64,000 bases of DNA from an uncultured Methylomirabilota bacterium (GTDB lineage: Bacteria; Methylomirabilota; Methylomirabilia; Methylomirabilales; 2-02-FULL-66-22): positions 2,560,001-2,624,000 of the forward strand of contig CAWJSJ010000002.1 of assembly GCA_963845565.1 (NCBI GenBank), read 5' to 3'. The notes beneath the pieces are model-generated. The model had not been told where the DNA came from and ran no database searches. It saw nothing but the letters and a program-made list of their open reading frames with translations. Shown piece by piece: positions 1-11,300 of this stretch (positions are counted from its first letter, which is position 1; every line of letters starts with the position of its first letter). A program made the translations under genes and the position numbers.

Positions 1-45
1 GGCGTCGCCGACGTGGGAGCGTGCGCCGCCGCCGCCGAGGGGGCC

Positions 46-441
46 ATGGAATCTGCGACGTCGATTCGGGTCCGGTATGCGGAAACCGATGCCATGGGCA
101 TCGTCCATCACGCGGTCTATCCCGTCTGGATGGAACTGGGCCGCTCCGATCTGTTACGACAGTTGGGGCAGAGCTATGCGGAATGGGAGAAGCGCGGGGT
201 GATGATGAGCGTGGCGGAACTCCGCGTGCGGTATCGGGCACCCGCCCGCTACGACGAACTCGTGGAAGTCCGCACCCGCCTGAAAGAAGCCGGACGCCGT
301 AAGGTGGTGTTTGCCTACCAGGTTGGGCGTGGGGAGACGCGGCTGGCAGAGGGGGAGAGCATCCACCTGGTGACCGGGCCCGACGGCCGCGCGCGGGTCA
401 TGCCGGAGGAGCTGCTCCGCCTGATCTCTCGCGCGTTGTGA
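46..441 (+). CDS. Acyl-CoA thioesterase, YbgC/FadM (4HBT) family
   Basis: RVRYAETDAMGIVHHAVY hot-dog thioesterase motif; GAGG before ATG at 46. Confidence 0.9.
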   Translation: MESATSIRVRYAETDAMGIVHHAVYPVWMELGRSDLLRQLGQSYAEWEKRGVMMSVAELRVRYRAPARYDELVEVRTRLKEAGRRKVVFAYQVGRGETRLAEGESIHLVTGPDGRARVMPEELLRLISRAL

Positions 442-448
442 ACGGCGA

Positions 449-513
449 GAACCGCATAAGGAGCCGTAAGGAAATTGCAGACAATAGACAAGTTATTTCG
501 TAACGGCTCCTAA
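449..513 (-). repeat. Repeat family A, truncated copy (first hairpin only)
   Basis: GCATAAGGAGCCGTAAGGAAAT...ATTTCGTAACGGCTCCTAA matches the other six copies. Confidence 0.85.
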
Positions 514-902
514 CGGAAGGCTTCGTCGACCGGCACGCGCCAGCCGGTCACCAGGCGGTTGGTTTCGCTTGCCATTCCGACCACCGCCAGCAGTTCGCCC
601 CGCATCGCCTCGGTCATCCCGCGCTTGGTCGCCGCCGCGGTGTGAGAGGCGATACAGTATTCGCAGTTGTGGGCAACGCTGACGGCGAGGTAGAGCATCT
701 CTTTGGTCAGGGGATCGAGCGCGCCGGGCGCCATGACCTCTTTGAGGCTCTCCCAGGTGCGCTTCAACGTCCGCGGGTCGTGGGCCAGGACCTTCCAGAA
801 ATTGTTGACGTCCGGGAGGTTGCGGGTTCGCTTGATGTCGTCGAAGACGGCGCGCACTTCCGGCCCGGCGTCGGCGTACTCGATCAGGTGTCCGTCACTC
901 AT
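510..902 (-). CDS. Carboxymuconolactone decarboxylase / AhpD family protein
   Basis: LDPLTKEMLYLAVSVAHNCEYCIASH (CxxC...H) motif. Confidence 0.9.
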   Translation of the reverse strand: MSDGHLIEYADAGPEVRAVFDDIKRTRNLPDVNNFWKVLAHDPRTLKRTWESLKEVMAPGALDPLTKEMLYLAVSVAHNCEYCIASHTAAATKRGMTEAMRGELLAVVGMASETNRLVTGWRVPVDEAFR

Positions 903-968
903 GGGGTCTCCTTTCGCGGCGTGCGGCTCGGCGCGGTCAGCGGGAGCGGAAGCGGGCGGCGGACCGTG

Positions 969-1445
969 TCACGGGTCAGCCGCCGGGGAAAGCGTGGTGA
1001 CCGCGAACTCGACGTCGGGTCGGCCGCGCGTCAACTCGGCCAGGAAGCCTTCCAGGAAGGCTCGGCGAATCTTCTCGGGCGGCTCCTTCGGGAAGAGCCG
1101 AAAGGGAAGGTCCAGGGCGATCTGGGTGCAGCGGAGATCGAGGATGGTCTGCGCGGTCTGATACGACAAGCGATAGAGGGCCGTCATGGAGAATTCAGCG
1201 CGTTCCCCGAGGCCGACCACCAGGACGCGCTCGGCCTTGACCTTGTGATGGGGCCGGAGGAGGACGCTGCTGTCTCGCTCCCCGGTGAATTTTCCCCGGG
1301 CGCGCAGGCGCGACACGGGGCTCAGCAGGATCCAGTCGAGGCGCCCCAGCCGTCCTTGCGGGGCAGGCTCGTCCTTCGGATCGAACAGGACAAGCACTTC
1401 GGTCCGGATGTCCTCCAGGCGTTCGTCGGTGGTCGGGATGTCCAT
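969..1445 (-). CDS. Peptidase M17 N-terminal-domain-like protein
   Basis: GKFTGERDSSVLL...RVLVVGLGE pattern; starts 1 nt after the nusB stop. Confidence 0.7.
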   Translation of the reverse strand: MDIPTTDERLEDIRTEVLVLFDPKDEPAPQGRLGRLDWILLSPVSRLRARGKFTGERDSSVLLRPHHKVKAERVLVVGLGERAEFSMTALYRLSYQTAQTILDLRCTQIALDLPFRLFPKEPPEKIRRAFLEGFLAELTRGRPDVEFAVTTLSPAADP

Positions 1446-1446
1446 C

Positions 1447-1872
1447 TCAGGCGGGGGAATGCGGCTGGGGATGGAGGTGGAGGCGGATCTGGTCCAGGAT
1501 CCCGTTCACGAACGCGCTCGACTCCTCGCTGCCGTACAACTTCGCCAACTCGATCGCCTCGTTGATGGCCACGCGCTCGGGAATATCGTCGCGATAGAGT
1601 AATTCGTAGGCCGCCAGCCGCAGGATGTTCCGCTCCACGGGCGCGATGCGGGCCAGGCTCCAGTGGGCGGCGTTCGCCTGGATGACCTCGTCAAGCTCCG
1701 CCGTCTTCTCGGCGGTCCCGCGCACCAGCGCCTCGGCAAACGCGCTCACCTCCGGCGGCACCACGCGATCCCGCCAGAATTCCCGCAACACCAGCCCGAG
1801 ATCGGTCGGCCGGAAATCCAGCTCGTACAGCACCATCAGCGCGAGCTCCCGCGCCTTGCGTCGTTTGCCCAT
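1447..1872 (-). CDS. nusB: Transcription antitermination factor NusB
   Basis: RRKARELAL, VAINEAIELAKLYG, FVNGILD motifs; follows ribH. Confidence 0.97.
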   Translation of the reverse strand: MGKRRKARELALMVLYELDFRPTDLGLVLREFWRDRVVPPEVSAFAEALVRGTAEKTAELDEVIQANAAHWSLARIAPVERNILRLAAYELLYRDDIPERVAINEAIELAKLYGSEESSAFVNGILDQIRLHLHPQPHSPA

Positions 1873-1874
1873 GG

Positions 1875-1964
1875 TTCAGCTTTCAGCGGTCAGCGTTCAG
1901 CGGTCAGCGGGAAGCGTCAGCGGTTATCCGGGGCTGATAGCAGACCGCTGAACGCTGCGTGCTG
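1875..1964. repeat. Inverted arrays of 7-nt tandem units (TTCAGCG/GTCAGCG ... GCTGAAC)
   Basis: Five to seven TCAGC-core heptamers followed by complementary GCTGA-core heptamers between ribH and nusB. Confidence 0.75.
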
Positions 1965-1968
1965 TTCG

Positions 1969-2436
1969 TCACTTCAATTCCCGAAGCAGATTGGCCATCT
2001 CGATAGCCGAGCAGGCGGCGTCAAAGCCCTTGTTGCCCGCCTTGGTGCCGGCGCGCTCCACGGCTTGCTCGATCGAATCGGTGGTCAGCACCCCGAACAG
2101 GACCGGCACCCCCGTTTCCAGACCGACCATGGCCACGCCCTTGGCGACTTCACCGGCGATATACTCGAAGTGCGGCGTGGCGCCGCGGATGACCGTTCCC
2201 AGGCAGATGACCGCATCGTACTGGTGCGAGGCCGCCATCTTCTTGGCGATCAGCGGGATCTCGTAGGATCCGGGCACCCGCGCCACCGTGATTCTGTCCT
2301 CGTCGGCGCCGTGGCGTCGCAACGCGTCCAGCGCCCCGTCGAGCAGACGTGCGGTGATGAACTCGTTGAACCGGCTTGCCACGATGCCGAAGGCGAATCC
2401 CTTGGCGGTCAGGTTTCCTTCCAACATTCGCGCCAT
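1969..2436 (-). CDS. ribH: 6,7-dimethyl-8-ribityllumazine synthase
   Basis: [28 protein letters not shown] motifs. Confidence 0.98.
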   Translation of the reverse strand: MARMLEGNLTAKGFAFGIVASRFNEFITARLLDGALDALRRHGADEDRITVARVPGSYEIPLIAKKMAASHQYDAVICLGTVIRGATPHFEYIAGEVAKGVAMVGLETGVPVLFGVLTTDSIEQAVERAGTKAGNKGFDAACSAIEMANLLRELK

Positions 2437-2467
2437 CTGCGCTCTCCTTCCCCGGCGGGGGGCGTCG

Positions 2468-2573
2468 TTAGGAGCCGTTACGAAATAACCTATACATCTC
2501 TTTCTATTTCGTTACGGCTCCTTATGCCGTTTCGGAATGTCTCCGCTCAACCTATTCTTTGACAACGGCTTAG
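2468..2573 (+). repeat. Repeat family A, full copy (106 bp)
   Basis: TTAGGAGCCGTTACGAAAT...ATTTCGTTACGGCTCCTTATGCCGTT...AACGGCTTAG. Confidence 0.95.
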
Positions 2574-3970
2574 CGACTCGGTTTCTTCCGGGCGGCAGGG
2601 ACCGCCGCGGTCGCGGCCTGGCGGCGCCCGCGAGGCGACCGCGCGGGCAAGATGAGGTGGCCCAGCTTTTCGCGCTTGGTGGTGAGATACCCCAGATTCA
2701 TGGCCGTCGGCGGGATGACCAGGGGGAGCCGTTCCACGACCTCCAGACCATACCCCTCCAGGCCCACGATCTTCCGCGGGTTGTTGGTCATGAGGCGGAG
2801 CTTGGAGATCCCCAGATCCACGAGAATCTGGGCGCCGACGCCGTAATCCCGAAGATCGGGTTTGAAGCCGAGCTGCTCGTTCGCCTCGACCGTGTCGAAC
2901 CCCTGGTCCTGCAACTCGTAGGCCCGGAGCTTATTGGCGAGGCCGATGCCGCGTCCCTCCTGGCGGATGTAGAGGAGGACGCCGCGCCCCTCCTCGGCGA
3001 TCCGTGCCAGGGCGCGGTCCAGTTGGGCACCGCAATCGCAGCGGAGCGAACCGAGTGCGTCGCCGGTCAGACACTCGGAGTGCACGCGGACCAGCGTCGG
3101 CTCGCCGGGCCGCACCTCGCCCCGGATGAGGGCCAGATGATGCTTCTGATCCACCTGACTGTGGTACAGGATCGTCCGGAAGGCGCCGTGCCGGGTGGGC
3201 AACTCGGTGGTGGCCACGCGGGTCACGAACTTCTCCCGCTTCATCCGGTAGTCGATCAGGTCCTTGATGGTGATCATCAAGAGCCCGTGCCGTCGGGAGA
3301 AGCGGTGCAGTTCCGGCACGCGCGCCATGCTGCCGTCCGGGTTCATGATCTCGCAGATCACGCCCGCCGGATAGAGGCCCGCCAGGCGCGCCAGATCCAC
3401 GGCGGCTTCCGTCTGGCCGGCGCGAGTCAACACCCCGCCCTCCCGCGCCCGGAGCGGAAACGTGTGCCCCGGCCGGGCGAGATCCTCGGGCCGCGTGTTC
3501 GGGTCCAGGATGGTCTTGATCGTGACCGCGCGGTCGTGGGCGGAGATACCCGTGCTGACCTCGCGCTTGGCTTCCACCGAGACCGCGAAGGCGGTCTCGA
3601 AGGCGGAGGTGTTCTCCGAGACCATGGCCGGGATCTTGAGCTGATCCAGCCGCTCGCCGATGATCGGCAAGCAGATCAACCCTCGCCCGTGGGCGGCCAT
3701 GAAATTGACCGCGGCCGCGGTGACTTTCTCGGCCGCCATGGTCAAGTCGCCCTCGTTCTCCCGGTCCTCGTCGTCCACCACGATGACGAGCTTGCCGTTG
3801 CGGATGTCCCGGATGGCATCCTCGATCCGGGCGAACCGCAAGGCAGCCCCATGCCGGGCGCCCTCGGGGGCGCGTCGGGTCTTGGCGGCTGGTACCCCCC
3901 GTCGCGGCTGGGCCGCGGCGCGGCCGGCAGCGGGAACGGCGACGTTGGAGGCGCGTCGTGCAACGCTCAT
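2570..3970 (-). CDS. ribBA: Bifunctional DHBP synthase / GTP cyclohydrolase II
   Basis: [47 protein letters not shown] at 3970 overlaps the ribE stop (start could be further downstream). Confidence 0.96.
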   Translation of the reverse strand: MSVARRASNVAVPAAGRAAAQPRRGVPAAKTRRAPEGARHGAALRFARIEDAIRDIRNGKLVIVVDDEDRENEGDLTMAAEKVTAAAVNFMAAHGRGLICLPIIGERLDQLKIPAMVSENTSAFETAFAVSVEAKREVSTGISAHDRAVTIKTILDPNTRPEDLARPGHTFPLRAREGGVLTRAGQTEAAVDLARLAGLYPAGVICEIMNPDGSMARVPELHRFSRRHGLLMITIKDLIDYRMKREKFVTRVATTELPTRHGAFRTILYHSQVDQKHHLALIRGEVRPGEPTLVRVHSECLTGDALGSLRCDCGAQLDRALARIAEEGRGVLLYIRQEGRGIGLANKLRAYELQDQGFDTVEANEQLGFKPDLRDYGVGAQILVDLGISKLRLMTNNPRKIVGLEGYGLEVVERLPLVIPPTAMNLGYLTTKREKLGHLILPARSPRGRRQAATAAVPAARKKPSR

Positions 3971-4617
3971 GCGAACCCGTACTCCTTTAACACGGTCAAG
4001 GTCACGTCGCCCGCGCCCGGCGCCATCCCCCGCCCGGCGGCGAGGCGCGCTACGTACTTCCCGATGAGATCCGTCTCCAGGTTCAACTGGGCGCCCACCT
4101 GCTTCTCCGCGAGCGTGGTGCCCTGAAGCGTGTACGGGATCACGGCCACGTCGAAGTGGAGGCCCGCCAGGGCGGCCACCGTCAAGCTGATGCCGTCCAC
4201 CGCGACGGACCCCTTGGAGACCAAGAAGGACGCGAGTGACTCCGGAAACCGGATGCGGTACACCGCTCCTTCCCCCTGCGGGGTCCGTCCGACCAGCCGG
4301 CCCACGCCATCCACGTGGCCGCTCACCAGGTGGCCGCCCACCCGGTCGCCCAGCCGAAGCGGACGCTCCAGGTTGACGCGGGTCCCGACGCGCAACGCTC
4401 CGAGGGTGGTGCGGGCGAGCGTCTCGGCCGACAGGTCGCACGCCATCGCCGTGCCCGCCACCGCGGTGACCGTCAGGCACGCCCCTTCCACGGCGAGACT
4501 ATCCCCTGGCCGAGTCGCCTGGGCAATGGGTGCCGCGGCGATCTCGACGCGAGCGCCCGTCGAGTGGCGGGTGAGCTGGCGGATGGTGCCGATGGCTTCG
4601 ATGATTCCCGTGAACAC
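3967..4617 (-). CDS. ribE: Riboflavin synthase alpha chain
   Basis: MFTGII N-terminus, [16 protein letters not shown]. Confidence 0.97.
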   Translation of the reverse strand: MFTGIIEAIGTIRQLTRHSTGARVEIAAAPIAQATRPGDSLAVEGACLTVTAVAGTAMACDLSAETLARTTLGALRVGTRVNLERPLRLGDRVGGHLVSGHVDGVGRLVGRTPQGEGAVYRIRFPESLASFLVSKGSVAVDGISLTVAALAGLHFDVAVIPYTLQGTTLAEKQVGAQLNLETDLIGKYVARLAAGRGMAPGAGDVTLTVLKEYGFA

Positions 4618-4649
4618 GACTGCCCGCAGTCTGTCGAGCGCCGGCGCTG

Positions 4650-4756
4650 TTAGGAGCCGTTACGAAATAGGTTGTCCATATTTTGAAATTTCGTTACGGC
4701 TCCTTATGCCGTTCCCGAAATTTCTCCGCTCAAGTTATTCTTTGGCAACGGCTTAG
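4650..4756 (+). repeat. Repeat family A, full copy (107 bp)
   Basis: Same conserved arms as 2468-2573; TTAG at both ends. Confidence 0.95.
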
Positions 4757-5883
4757 CGCAGATAGCCCTCGATCAAAATGTCCTCGCCGAACCGCTCGAG
4801 GCGCACGTTTCGCAACCGCGTGGCCTGCCGGAGCGTCTCGATGCCGTCGCCGCCGACGGCGGTGGGGGTGGACGTTCCCCCGATCAGGATGGGCGCCAGA
4901 AAGAGCAGGAGCTTGTCCACCACGCCCTCCTGCAGGGCGGAGGCGTTGATCTCGGCCCCGCCCTCGACCATCACCGACAGGAATCCCATCTTTCCCAGCG
5001 CTTCCATCAGGCGCGCCAGCGACACACGCCGAGGACTTTCCGGCACCGCCAGCACCTGCACGCCTTCCCGCTCCAAGGCGTCGAGCCGAGCGCGCGGCGC
5101 CATCTCGGACACGGCGAGGATCGTCGGGGCGGTCGAGGCCCGGTTGATCACCTGGGCTCGCAAGGGTAAGCGCGCGAGATTATCCACGATCACCCGCGTC
5201 GGGTCCCGCTGATCGGATGTCCCCAGGCGCGTGGTGAGCATCGGGTCGTCCCGCAGGATCGTGCCGATGCCGACCAGGACGGCATCCACTTCGTTCCGGA
5301 TGTGATGGACGTGCTGGCGGGCGCTCTCTCCGGTGATCCAGCGGGAGTCGCCCGTCCGCGTCGCGATCTTGCCGTCCAGACTGGCGGCAGCCTTCAAGAT
5401 GACAAAAGGCCGCCCGGTGCGGACAAACGTGAAGAACGCTTCGTTGAGCCGGGTGGCGTCCTCCGCCAACACGCCGACATCGACGGTCACGCCCGCCGCG
5501 CGCAGTGCCGCGAATCCCTTCCCACTGACCGCGGGGTTGGGGTCCTCGCAGGGGGCGACCACCCGGGCGACCTCCGCTTTGATGATCCGATCCACGCACG
5601 GCGGCGTCCGCCCGAAGTGGCAGCAGGGCTCCAGGGTGACATAGAGCGTGGCGCCGGCCGCGTCGGATTCCGCCTCGCGAAGCGCCTCGAGTTCCGCGTG
5701 GCCGGAGCCGGCGAAGGAATGGAATCCTTCGCCGACGACGGTCCCGTCTTTCACCAGGACCGCACCCACCATCGGGTTGGGACTGGTCCGCCCCCGTGCG
5801 CGCGCCGCAAGTTCTAGCGCGCGCCGCATATACGTCCGATCCGCCTCGGACGGGTCGGTTATGTTCGCGCAACTTTGCGTCAT
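4753..5883 (-). CDS. ribD: Bifunctional pyrimidine deaminase/reductase RibD
   Basis: PNPMVGAV, HAE, TLEPCCHFGRTPPC, SLDGKIAT, VEGG; start chosen just downstream of the predicted promoter. Confidence 0.96.
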   Translation of the reverse strand: MTQSCANITDPSEADRTYMRRALELAARARGRTSPNPMVGAVLVKDGTVVGEGFHSFAGSGHAELEALREAESDAAGATLYVTLEPCCHFGRTPPCVDRIIKAEVARVVAPCEDPNPAVSGKGFAALRAAGVTVDVGVLAEDATRLNEAFFTFVRTGRPFVILKAAASLDGKIATRTGDSRWITGESARQHVHHIRNEVDAVLVGIGTILRDDPMLTTRLGTSDQRDPTRVIVDNLARLPLRAQVINRASTAPTILAVSEMAPRARLDALEREGVQVLAVPESPRRVSLARLMEALGKMGFLSVMVEGGAEINASALQEGVVDKLLLFLAPILIGGTSTPTAVGGDGIETLRQATRLRNVRLERFGEDILIEGYLR

Positions 5884-5902
5884 ATAACGATTTCCGCGGA
5901 GG

Positions 5903-5931
5903 AAGGTAACACTGTGCCGGGGAGGTGTCAA
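5903..5931 (-). promoter_or_regulatory. Putative sigma70 promoter of the rib operon
   Basis: TTGACA-17 nt-TACCTT on the minus strand. Confidence 0.6.
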
Positions 5932-6109
5932 GGCGAAAGCCCCCGCGCGACGCGCCGCGCGTCGCGGGCCTGGAGTCTGAGAGGCGAGACGATAGTGGGA
6001 CATGCAGAGCAGGCGGGTTTGGGGGTACGGTGGAACCCGCACGTCGAGAGCCATCGAAAGAAACGGCAAGAACGAGTGGAGTGCCGCCTCGGCTGCACGG
6101 CACAATCTC

Positions 6110-6360
6110 TGTGACCGCAGAGGACATCACCGAACACAAGCGGGCAGAAGAGGAATTGAAGAGGCACCGGGAGCACCTGGGGGGATGATCGCGAAGCGGC
6201 GGATGCTGCTCAATCCGTTGAAGGTCCGTTACGCCGATGCGGCGGTCTTCATGGACATTGCGTCGGTCATCAACTCGTACGAGCTGGCGGGCGATGTCAG
6301 CCTCAAGAACCAGTACGGTCCGCCTGGAGCCGGTAACACCTGGGTCGCCCTGGGAGTTAG
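6110..6360 (+). pseudogene. Gene debris: PAS/PAC linker fragment next to a fragment of a second hypothetical gene
   Basis: EDITEHKRAEEELKRHREHL is a typical PAC-coiled-coil linker; the next frame gives MLLNPLKVRYADAAVFMDIASVINSYEL; neither is a complete gene. Confidence 0.5.
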
Positions 6361-6510
6361 GCAACTGAGTAACTGGGGGGATCGGGCGATTGGGAACCCG
6401 AGGAGCGAGAACGGCGAATGCAGGTGCGGGTTGTACCGAGTTGCCGAGTCACCGGTCCTTCGCGGCCGTGGCGTCTTTGCGAGAGTCGGCTCTTGGAACA
6501 GCACGCGGCG

Positions 6511-6945
6511 TCAGGCTACCAGAGGATTCCTCACCGTCAAGTCGGGAAACCGACCGAAATCCCGGTCGGCGGTCCAGAGTTCTTGGACGCCGTGAAATCG
6601 ACAGAGGGCTGCTATCCGGGCATCGTGCACGCGGGCTCCTGCGGTGCGCGCTGTCGAAAGGGTCTCGCGGAGCATGGGCCAGTAACCATCCGCCTCTGAC
6701 AAAAACATAAGGTTCGGCGCCTCCATCCACGCATCAATTTGTTCGAGGGCAGCCGATAGAGGAGTCGGTGGAGCGTAGATTCTTGGATGCGTCGTGATGG
6801 CGAGGAATTCGTGGAGGCAGGGCCACGGGATCGCCCAGGATGATCGGCTCTCCGCCAATTCCGCGATACGCGCAAAGGCGGCATCATGCCAGGGGGAATC
6901 CTCACGGTGGGCGTAGACCAAGAGGTTGGTGTCAACGGCGATCAT
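6511..6945 (-). CDS. vapC: VapC-family PIN-domain toxin
   Basis: MIAVDTNLLVYAH, HDARIAALC, TADRDF. Confidence 0.92.
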   Translation of the reverse strand: MIAVDTNLLVYAHREDSPWHDAAFARIAELAESRSSWAIPWPCLHEFLAITTHPRIYAPPTPLSAALEQIDAWMEAPNLMFLSEADGYWPMLRETLSTARTAGARVHDARIAALCRFHGVQELWTADRDFGRFPDLTVRNPLVA

Positions 6946-7187
6946 CCACCCCGCCCCTCATACGCCGCGTCGCGGATCTGATCCCAAGACGCTCCTTCCA
7001 ATGCGGGCTGCATGCCGGTTCCTTTGAAGGTTGCTTTCCGCAACCGAAACCCCACGGCCCGCTTTCGCTCGGCGAGGGTTCGCCGAAGTCCCTCTTCGAC
7101 CAGGGCCCGAACGGTGGTCCCCTCACGCGAAGCGAGGCGCTTGGCTTCTTCCAAGAGTGAATCTGGAATCTCTACGGTGGTCTTCAT
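6942..7187 (-). CDS. vapB: VapB-family antitoxin (DUF2191-like)
   Basis: MKTTVEIPDSLLEEAKRLA...TVRALVEEGLR; 4-nt overlap with the toxin gene. Confidence 0.88.
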   Translation of the reverse strand: MKTTVEIPDSLLEEAKRLASREGTTVRALVEEGLRRTLAERKRAVGFRLRKATFKGTGMQPALEGASWDQIRDAAYEGRGG

Positions 7188-7189
7188 AC

Positions 7190-7225
7190 ATACATATGTA
7201 TCGCATATGATGTAGAGGTGTCAAG
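7190..7225 (-). promoter_or_regulatory. Putative vapBC promoter and palindromic operator
   Basis: Perfect palindrome ATACATATGTAT (7190-7201), second CATATG (7204-7209), TTGACA on the minus strand near 7220-7225. Confidence 0.55.
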
Positions 7226-7403
7226 TCAAGAACAAAGAAACTGCCTGAAGGTCGACTGTGGTGCGCATCGTCTCCTCCCAGGTATCATCGTCTGTCTGTA
7301 CTGATGCATGATGCGAATACATCAATAATCAGGCGTCAAAAGAGTGAAGAGACCCAGCCTCGGCGTGCGTGGCGAGAGAACTGCGGCGTTTGGATTCGGT
7401 AGA

Positions 7404-8339
7404 CTAGGAGAACAGCGCGGCGGCGAATTCCTGTGGGTTGAACGGTTGGAGGTCTTCGGCGGACTCGCCGACGCCCACGAAGCGGACCGGAACGCCGAGG
7501 TCGCTGGCGATGGCGACGACGGCGCCGCCCTTGGCGGTGCCGTCCAGCTTGGTGACGACGATCCCGGAGAGCGTGACGGCCTGGTGAAACTCCCGCGCCT
7601 GCGCCACGGCGTTGAGGCCCGTGGTGGCATCCAACACCAGCAGGGTCTCGTGGGGGGCGCCGGGGATGGCCCGGGCGATGATCCGGTGGATCTTCTTCAG
7701 CTCCTCCATGAGGTTGCTCTTGGTGTGAAGCCGGCCCGCCGTGTCCACCAGGAGCCGATCAACCTTCCGCGCGGCGGCCGCCTTGCAGGCGTCGAAGACG
7801 ACGGCCGAGGGGTCGGCGCCCGGCTGGTGGGCGATGACATCCGCCCCGATGCGCTTGCCCCAGATCTGCAGTTGTTCGATCGCTGCCGCGCGGAAGGTGT
7901 CGCCGGCGGCCAGCAAGACCGTCTCTCCCGCGTCGCGGTACCGTTTGGCCAGCTTGGCGATGGTGGTGGTCTTGCCGGACCCGTTGGTGCCGACAAAGAG
8001 CGTCACCCGGGGCGGTGCGGCGGGCTGCGGGGAGTCGGGTTGCGGGACGACGAGCAGTTCCGCGACGCGGGCGGCCAGGACGGCTCGAATGGTGTCGACG
8101 CTGGTCGTCCCCTGGCGGCGGAGGGTGCTCCTGGCGGCCTCCATGACGGACCGGGTGGCGGCGGGGCCCAGATCGGAGGCGAGCAGCGCTTCCTCGAGTT
8201 CGTCCAGCGTGGCGTCGTCGACGGGCGCACCGGTGAAGACCGCCTCGATCTTCTCGACCAGACTGTCTCGCGTCTTGCGCAACCCATCCCGGAGGCGCGC
8301 AAAGAAGCCGGAGCGTTCCGGAGGGACCTCGGAGGGCAT
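7404..8339 (-). CDS. ftsY: Signal recognition particle receptor FtsY
   Basis: [38 protein letters not shown]. Confidence 0.98.
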   Translation of the reverse strand: MPSEVPPERSGFFARLRDGLRKTRDSLVEKIEAVFTGAPVDDATLDELEEALLASDLGPAATRSVMEAARSTLRRQGTTSVDTIRAVLAARVAELLVVPQPDSPQPAAPPRVTLFVGTNGSGKTTTIAKLAKRYRDAGETVLLAAGDTFRAAAIEQLQIWGKRIGADVIAHQPGADPSAVVFDACKAAAARKVDRLLVDTAGRLHTKSNLMEELKKIHRIIARAIPGAPHETLLVLDATTGLNAVAQAREFHQAVTLSGIVVTKLDGTAKGGAVVAIASDLGVPVRFVGVGESAEDLQPFNPQEFAAALFS

Positions 8340-11300
8340 CTAGGCGGCCGCCTTCATCCGGACGGACATCACCTTGGAGACGCCCTCTTCTTCCATGGTG
8401 ATCCCGTACAAGATGTCGGCCGATTCCATGGTCCGCTTGTTGTGGGTGACGGCGATGAACTGCGACTGCTGCGACATCTCGCGGAGCAGCCCGACGAAGC
8501 GTTCCACGTTGGCGTCATCCAGCGGCGCGTCCACTTCGTCCAGGACGCAGAAGGGGCTGGGTCGGACGGCGAAGAGCGCCAGGAGGAGCGAGAGCGCTGC
8601 CAGGGCGCGCTCGCCGCCCGAGAGCAGGGAGAGCACCGTCGGCCGTTTCCCGGGGAATCGGACCAGCATCTCCACGCCCGGTTCCTCGTCAACCGGCGTC
8701 GCGTCGTCGCCGTCGGCCTTCAGTGGCTCGACCAGCTTGAGCTGCGCGCTCCCTCCCCCGATCAGCCGGCGCCAGAAGTGATCGAACTGCTGGTTGACGG
8801 CCTCGAGGGTGGAAAGGAACAGCGCCTGGATCGTCTTGTTGATCTCGCCGATCGCCTGGCGGAGCGAGGCCACGGACCGTGTGAGATCCTCGGCCTGAGT
8901 GGTCAAGAACTCGTACCGCTGGCAGAGAGCCTGGTATTCCTCCAGGGCGCCGAGATTGGCGGGTCCCAGCTCGGCGAGCTTGGTCCGCAGCTCCTCCAGT
9001 TCCGCCCGGGCCGCCTCGGCGTCCGTCACGACGGCGGCGAACCGCTCGCGGAGCTCCGCGGTGCCAAGACCGTGATTCTCCGCCAAGTCCTGTTCCAGCA
9101 AGGTGATGGTCGCCTTCAGCTCGCTCCGCCGGGTCTCCAGGGCCGCCACCTCGGCGGCCAGCTCGGTCTCCTCGCGCCGCTTGGTTCGCAACGCCTCCTC
9201 GAGGGTGGCGATGGCCTCTTGGCCGGTGGCCCGAGCCTCCTGCGCGCCGAGCAAGGCGGCCTGCCGTTCCTCTTCGTCGCGGTGGAGCACGGTCAGGCGT
9301 GCCTGCAGCTCGCCGCGCTCCGCTTCCCGGCCGGCGCGCCGAGCCCCGAGCTCCTCGACCTCCCGGATGAGGTGGGCCACCTGGTCTTCGCCCGCCTGCA
9401 GTTCCTGCCGCATGCGGAGCAGATCCCGCAGCGTTTCGTCGCGGCGGGCGGCGCGAGACGCCAGGGTGACGCGCTGGTCGTTCATGTGCGACGCCGCGTC
9501 CTCGCGTTGCTCGCGCAGCTCGGTGACTTCGCGCTCCCGGCCCACGATCCCGGCGTGGAGCTCGGCGACGCGGGTCTCCCCCTCGGCGAGGGTAGCCCGC
9601 AGGCCGTTCGTCTCGCGTTCGATCCGGGCGAGATCCGCCTCCACCGTCTGCAGTTCGATCCCGAAGAGCTCGAGCTGTTGGCTGAGTCGCCGCTCCTCGG
9701 CGCGGCGCGCGGCCAAGTCCTTTTCGATCGCCAGCAGGTCCAGCTCCGCTTGCCGCTCGGCCATGGCGGCCGTCTCGACGGCGCGCTCGGCATGGGCCAC
9801 GTCGTCCGACACGATGGCCAGGGCTTCGCGCAGACCCGAGAGGCCGACCTCGCTGATGGCCAGGGCCTCCTCCAGTTCGCGCAGCTCGCGCCGCTGTGCC
9901 AAGAGTCCCTGCGGAGCCGGGGTGCCGCCGACGAGCGTGCCGCGGTGCGTGAGCACCTCGCCGGCGAGGGTCGCCAGGGTGAAGGGGCCGGTGAGTTCCC
10001 GGGCGACGGCCAGCGCGGTGTCCAGGTCGTTCACGATCACGGCGTCCGCCAGGAGGTGGATCAACCAGGGCTGGGTGCCTTCGGGCGACTTGAGGAGATC
10101 CAGCGCCATCCCCTCGACGCGGCCCAGCAATTCCTTGGGCAGCTCGGCGAGCCGGGCCGCGAGATCCTCTCGGAAGGTGTGGCCCCAGGTCCCGTCACCC
10201 GTCGGCATGGGTCCCACCAGCGTGGCCCGCCCCAGACCTGCGCGGAAGAGGTGCGCGAGGGCCTCGTGCGCCTCGGCCCAGGTCTGGACCCGCACGCCCT
10301 GGAGATGGGTCCCGAGGATCGCCTCCAGGGCCTTCTCGTGCCGGGGTGCGGTTTCCAGCACCTCGGCCAGGGGGCCCAAGATCCCGCGGACGCGGCGATC
10401 CCGACCCGCCTGGAGAAGCAGCTTGTTGCCCTCCGAGAAATCGGCGAACTCCAGCCGGAGCTCACGCAGGGAGCCCAGCCGGCCCCGTTGGCGCTCCACA
10501 TCCGCGACGAGTCCGGCGATCTCGGCTTCCAGATGACGGCGGGCCTCGCGCGCGCGCGCGGCCTCGAGCTGCGCCGCCTCGCGATCCGCCAGGGCGCGGT
10601 GCTGGCGCTCGGTCGTCTCGTGCCGACGGGTCTCCTCGGCGGTGGAGGATGCCTCGGCCCCTTCGCGCTGACTGGCGGCCTCCGCCTGCTGCAGTCGCAG
10701 CCGCTCGGCCTGCGCGGTCATCTGGCGGTTACGCTCCAGCAGTGTGGCCAGCTCGTTTCGCTTGAGGGACAGCTGGCCCGATTGATGGGTCGCCTGGTGG
10801 CGGAGTTGATCGAGGCCGGCCACGGCCGCGGCGAGGATGCGCTCGGTTTCCCGGAGCGCCAGCCCCTGCTCCTCGAGCGCGTGCTCGAGGGCCGCCACCT
10901 CGCGCTCCTGCTCGGCGACGGCCGTGGAGCCCGTCTCGATGGCGGCGATCAGGCGCTGGGCCGTCTCTCCCAGCGCGGTCAGGGTCGCCTGCATCTCCGC
11001 CGTGCGCCGGTCGGCGTCTTCGATCTGCTGGCCGAGATTCCGGAGCTCGGCTTCGTCATGGTCGATGTGGCTTCGGACACGGAAGAGCGCCTCCTGCGCG
11101 AGGGTGACGGCCTGCTCTTCGCCCAGGGCCTGCAAGCGGCGCTCTTCGAGCGACGCCTCGGTCGACCCGATCCCGGCTCGAACGCCGGTCAAGATTTGCT
11201 GCGCCGGTCCCAGCCGTCCGAGCAGCGCCTGGAACTCCTCCCACAGCGCCGCGTGCTCCTTGAATCTGAGGAAGAGCTTGAGTTCCGTGGCGCGGACATC

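Noticed and set aside
5884..6105. FMN riboswitch or a longer N-terminus for ribD
   Set aside because: No RFN consensus seen; a promoter-like motif at 5903-5931 argues against the upstream start.
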